From Leucoraja erinacea (taxonomy: Eukaryota), in assembly GCF_028641065.1 (NCBI RefSeq), contig NC_073391.1:45012001-45076000 (forward strand): DNA of 64,000 nt, written 5' to 3'. The notes under the pieces are model-generated. The model was not told the origin of the DNA. It searched no databases and saw only the letters and a program-made list of their open reading frames with translations. This document shows, piece by piece, positions 61,882-64,000 of this stretch (position 1 is its first letter; every line of letters begins with the position of its first letter). The position numbers were made by a program, and so were the translations under genes.

Positions 61882-63529
61882 GTAAAGTATTGCCGAAACT
61901 TCGTTTTTAGTCATAAACTCAATGCAGAGAGGTGGAGGGTATACTCTATTTGTACTAAAATCTATTCAGACCCATTTGGAAGAATCAATTTCAGTTCTGA
62001 ACTCTGCTGGTAAGGAGAACAATTCCGGGCTTTGAAGACCCCGAGTGTCGACTTGCCAGAATGTGCCAAAAGAACAGGTAATTCAATTATGAGAACAGAA
62101 TGGATATTATGCGTTGTGTTTCCTTGTGATAAACTAAACAGGCATTGATGTGTTTAGAACAATTCAATTATTTGAGCAAAACACATGTTGCTGGAGTAAC
62201 TCAGCGTGCTAGGGGACATCTTTGGAGGGATTCGACAGGTAACGTTTCGCGTCGAAACTCTCTTCCAACCCTTAGAGAAAAAGGCCGTAAGATATAGGAA
62301 TCAGACAGGCCCCCTCACTGTCCATCTTCAAATCCAGTGTTAAAACACATTTGTACTCCCTGGCTTTTAACCATACCTGAGGCTTTGCTTCTGTTTGTGG
62401 TGTTTTTGATGTTTCTTTATTTTACATGTCTTTTCCTACTATTTCTTTTGATTGTTATTTTTGGTGTGTATTAACTTTTTTGTCAATGATTAGTGATGTA
62501 CTGCACTTTGTTGCAGCTATGTTTGTTTTTAAAGTGCTGTATAAATAAAATTATTATTATTATTATTAATTATTATTATAATTATGCCATTCGGTTCGTC
62601 GAGGGTGCTCCTCCATTCGTGGTTGAACTGTGTTGCCCTTTCTATCTCTTACAAATAGCGGAGTTAGGGGATATGGGGAGAAGTCAGGAACGGCGAACTG
62701 ATTGGGGATGATCAGCCATGATCACATTGAATGGCGGTGCTGTCTCGAAGGGCCAAATGGCCTACTCCTGAACCTATTGTCTATTGTCTATTGTCTATTG
62801 TCTATTGTCTATTGCATTCTGCTGCCTTCGCCCCGTAAACGTTCGCCCGTAATCTTCCACATAAGCTGCCTAACCCATTCAGTGACTCCAGCACTTGGCT
62901 TTTTCAGCATCTGCAGTTCGTTATGTCTCCAATTAACGGATTTGATATGGAATACACGGATGAGTTATATCCTCTGATGGAAGATTGCGGAACTAAAGTC
63001 TCAATGCAAGGCTTAAATCGGCCCTTTAAGGAAGAAACTGCAGTGGTTCTTCGCGCGCAAAGGCGGTGGGGGAGTTGAGACTGTTGTCTAACTAACTGCT
63101 TTTGATCTCGGCCAATAAACATTTCGGAATCTTTTCTTGATAGACCTGTTAGGCAAGAGCGTTTGGTATCAGGAACAAGGGGGTTGCAGAGGGAGTATAG
63201 ATCTCACAAAGCCCAATTATTAGTTACGAGAATCGACAGCCGCAGTGCATCTTCCATGTTCCTCTTCCAGCAGTGGTCCCCAAACTGTGAAAAATCGGAT
63301 CATTCCAGCTGAGCGATCAATGTACGCAGATCCGGTTGATACTAAATTCAGTATGACCATATGATGCCCATTAGTGTACGGTTACGGAGGTAACACTGGG
63401 GAAGATGATAGCGATGCATAGGTAATAAGATGGAAACACCAACTTCTCTTAAATTAGTGTTTCCTTCCGAATGGCTGGATAGATTCGGCTTGTAAATCGC
63501 TGCCAATTTGACAAATTGAACATGCTCTA

Positions 63530-63935
63530 AGTTCAAGTTCAAGTTCAAGTGAGTTTATTGTCTTGTGTCCCTGATAGGACAATGAAATTCTTGCTTTGCT
63601 TCAGCACAACAGAACATAGTAGGCATTGACTACAAAACACATGAATAAATAAACTGATGAAGTTCAAATAACAGATAATGGGTTATTAATGTTCAGAGAT
63701 TTGTCCGAGCCAGGTTGAATAGCCTGATGGCTGTGGGGAAATAGCTATTCCTGAACCTGGTCGTTGCAGTCTTCAGGCTCCTGTACCTTCTACCCGAAGG
63801 TAGCAGGGTGATATGTTTGTAGCCACGATGGTATGGATCTTTGATGATACTGCCAGCCTTTTTGAGGCAGTGACTGCGATAAATCCCCTCGATGGAAGGA
63901 AGGTCAGAGCCGATGATGAACTGGGCAGTGTTTAC
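63530..63935 (-). mobile_element. Rex1/Babar LINE 3' fragment
   Basis: Reverse strand encodes an LPSGRRYRSL..RFRNS-type terminus; (TTGAAC)n tail. Confidence 0.75.
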
Positions 63936-64000
63936 TCCAGAGCGACAAACGCGTTTATGTTATTTGTTTATTTTATCAAATAGCAATATCCACTTCAGAC

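Overview
Repeat-rich vertebrate genomic DNA, most likely from a cartilaginous fish (skate or ray; inferred from the CR1, HE1/V-SINE and Penelope repeat content and from the receptor family present). It has four assembly gaps. The left third (about 5.5-17.5 kb) holds two intact T-cell receptor alpha/delta-type V segments on the + strand, each followed by a V(D)J recombination signal (RSS), plus at least one decayed V relic. From about 20.9 kb on lies a cluster of GPR139/GPR142-like class A GPCR genes: four complete two-exon genes (A, B and C on -, D on +) and exon 1 of a fifth (E, +). The 70-nt first exons were identified by eye, because the ORF track does not resolve them. The cluster shows birth-and-death evolution: a 10-14 kb tandem duplication with a resolvable breakpoint, absence of one gene from one copy, an orphan 3' flank and a probable gene-conversion tract. 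The rest is CR1, Rex1/Babar, Tx1 and Penelope retroelement fragments, Harbinger and hAT MITEs, Penelope-derived fold-back elements with hammerhead-ribozyme-like cores, and low-complexity DNA. The most notable arrangement is that both V RSSs face the GPCR cluster. All coordinates and counts were read by eye and no searches were run.
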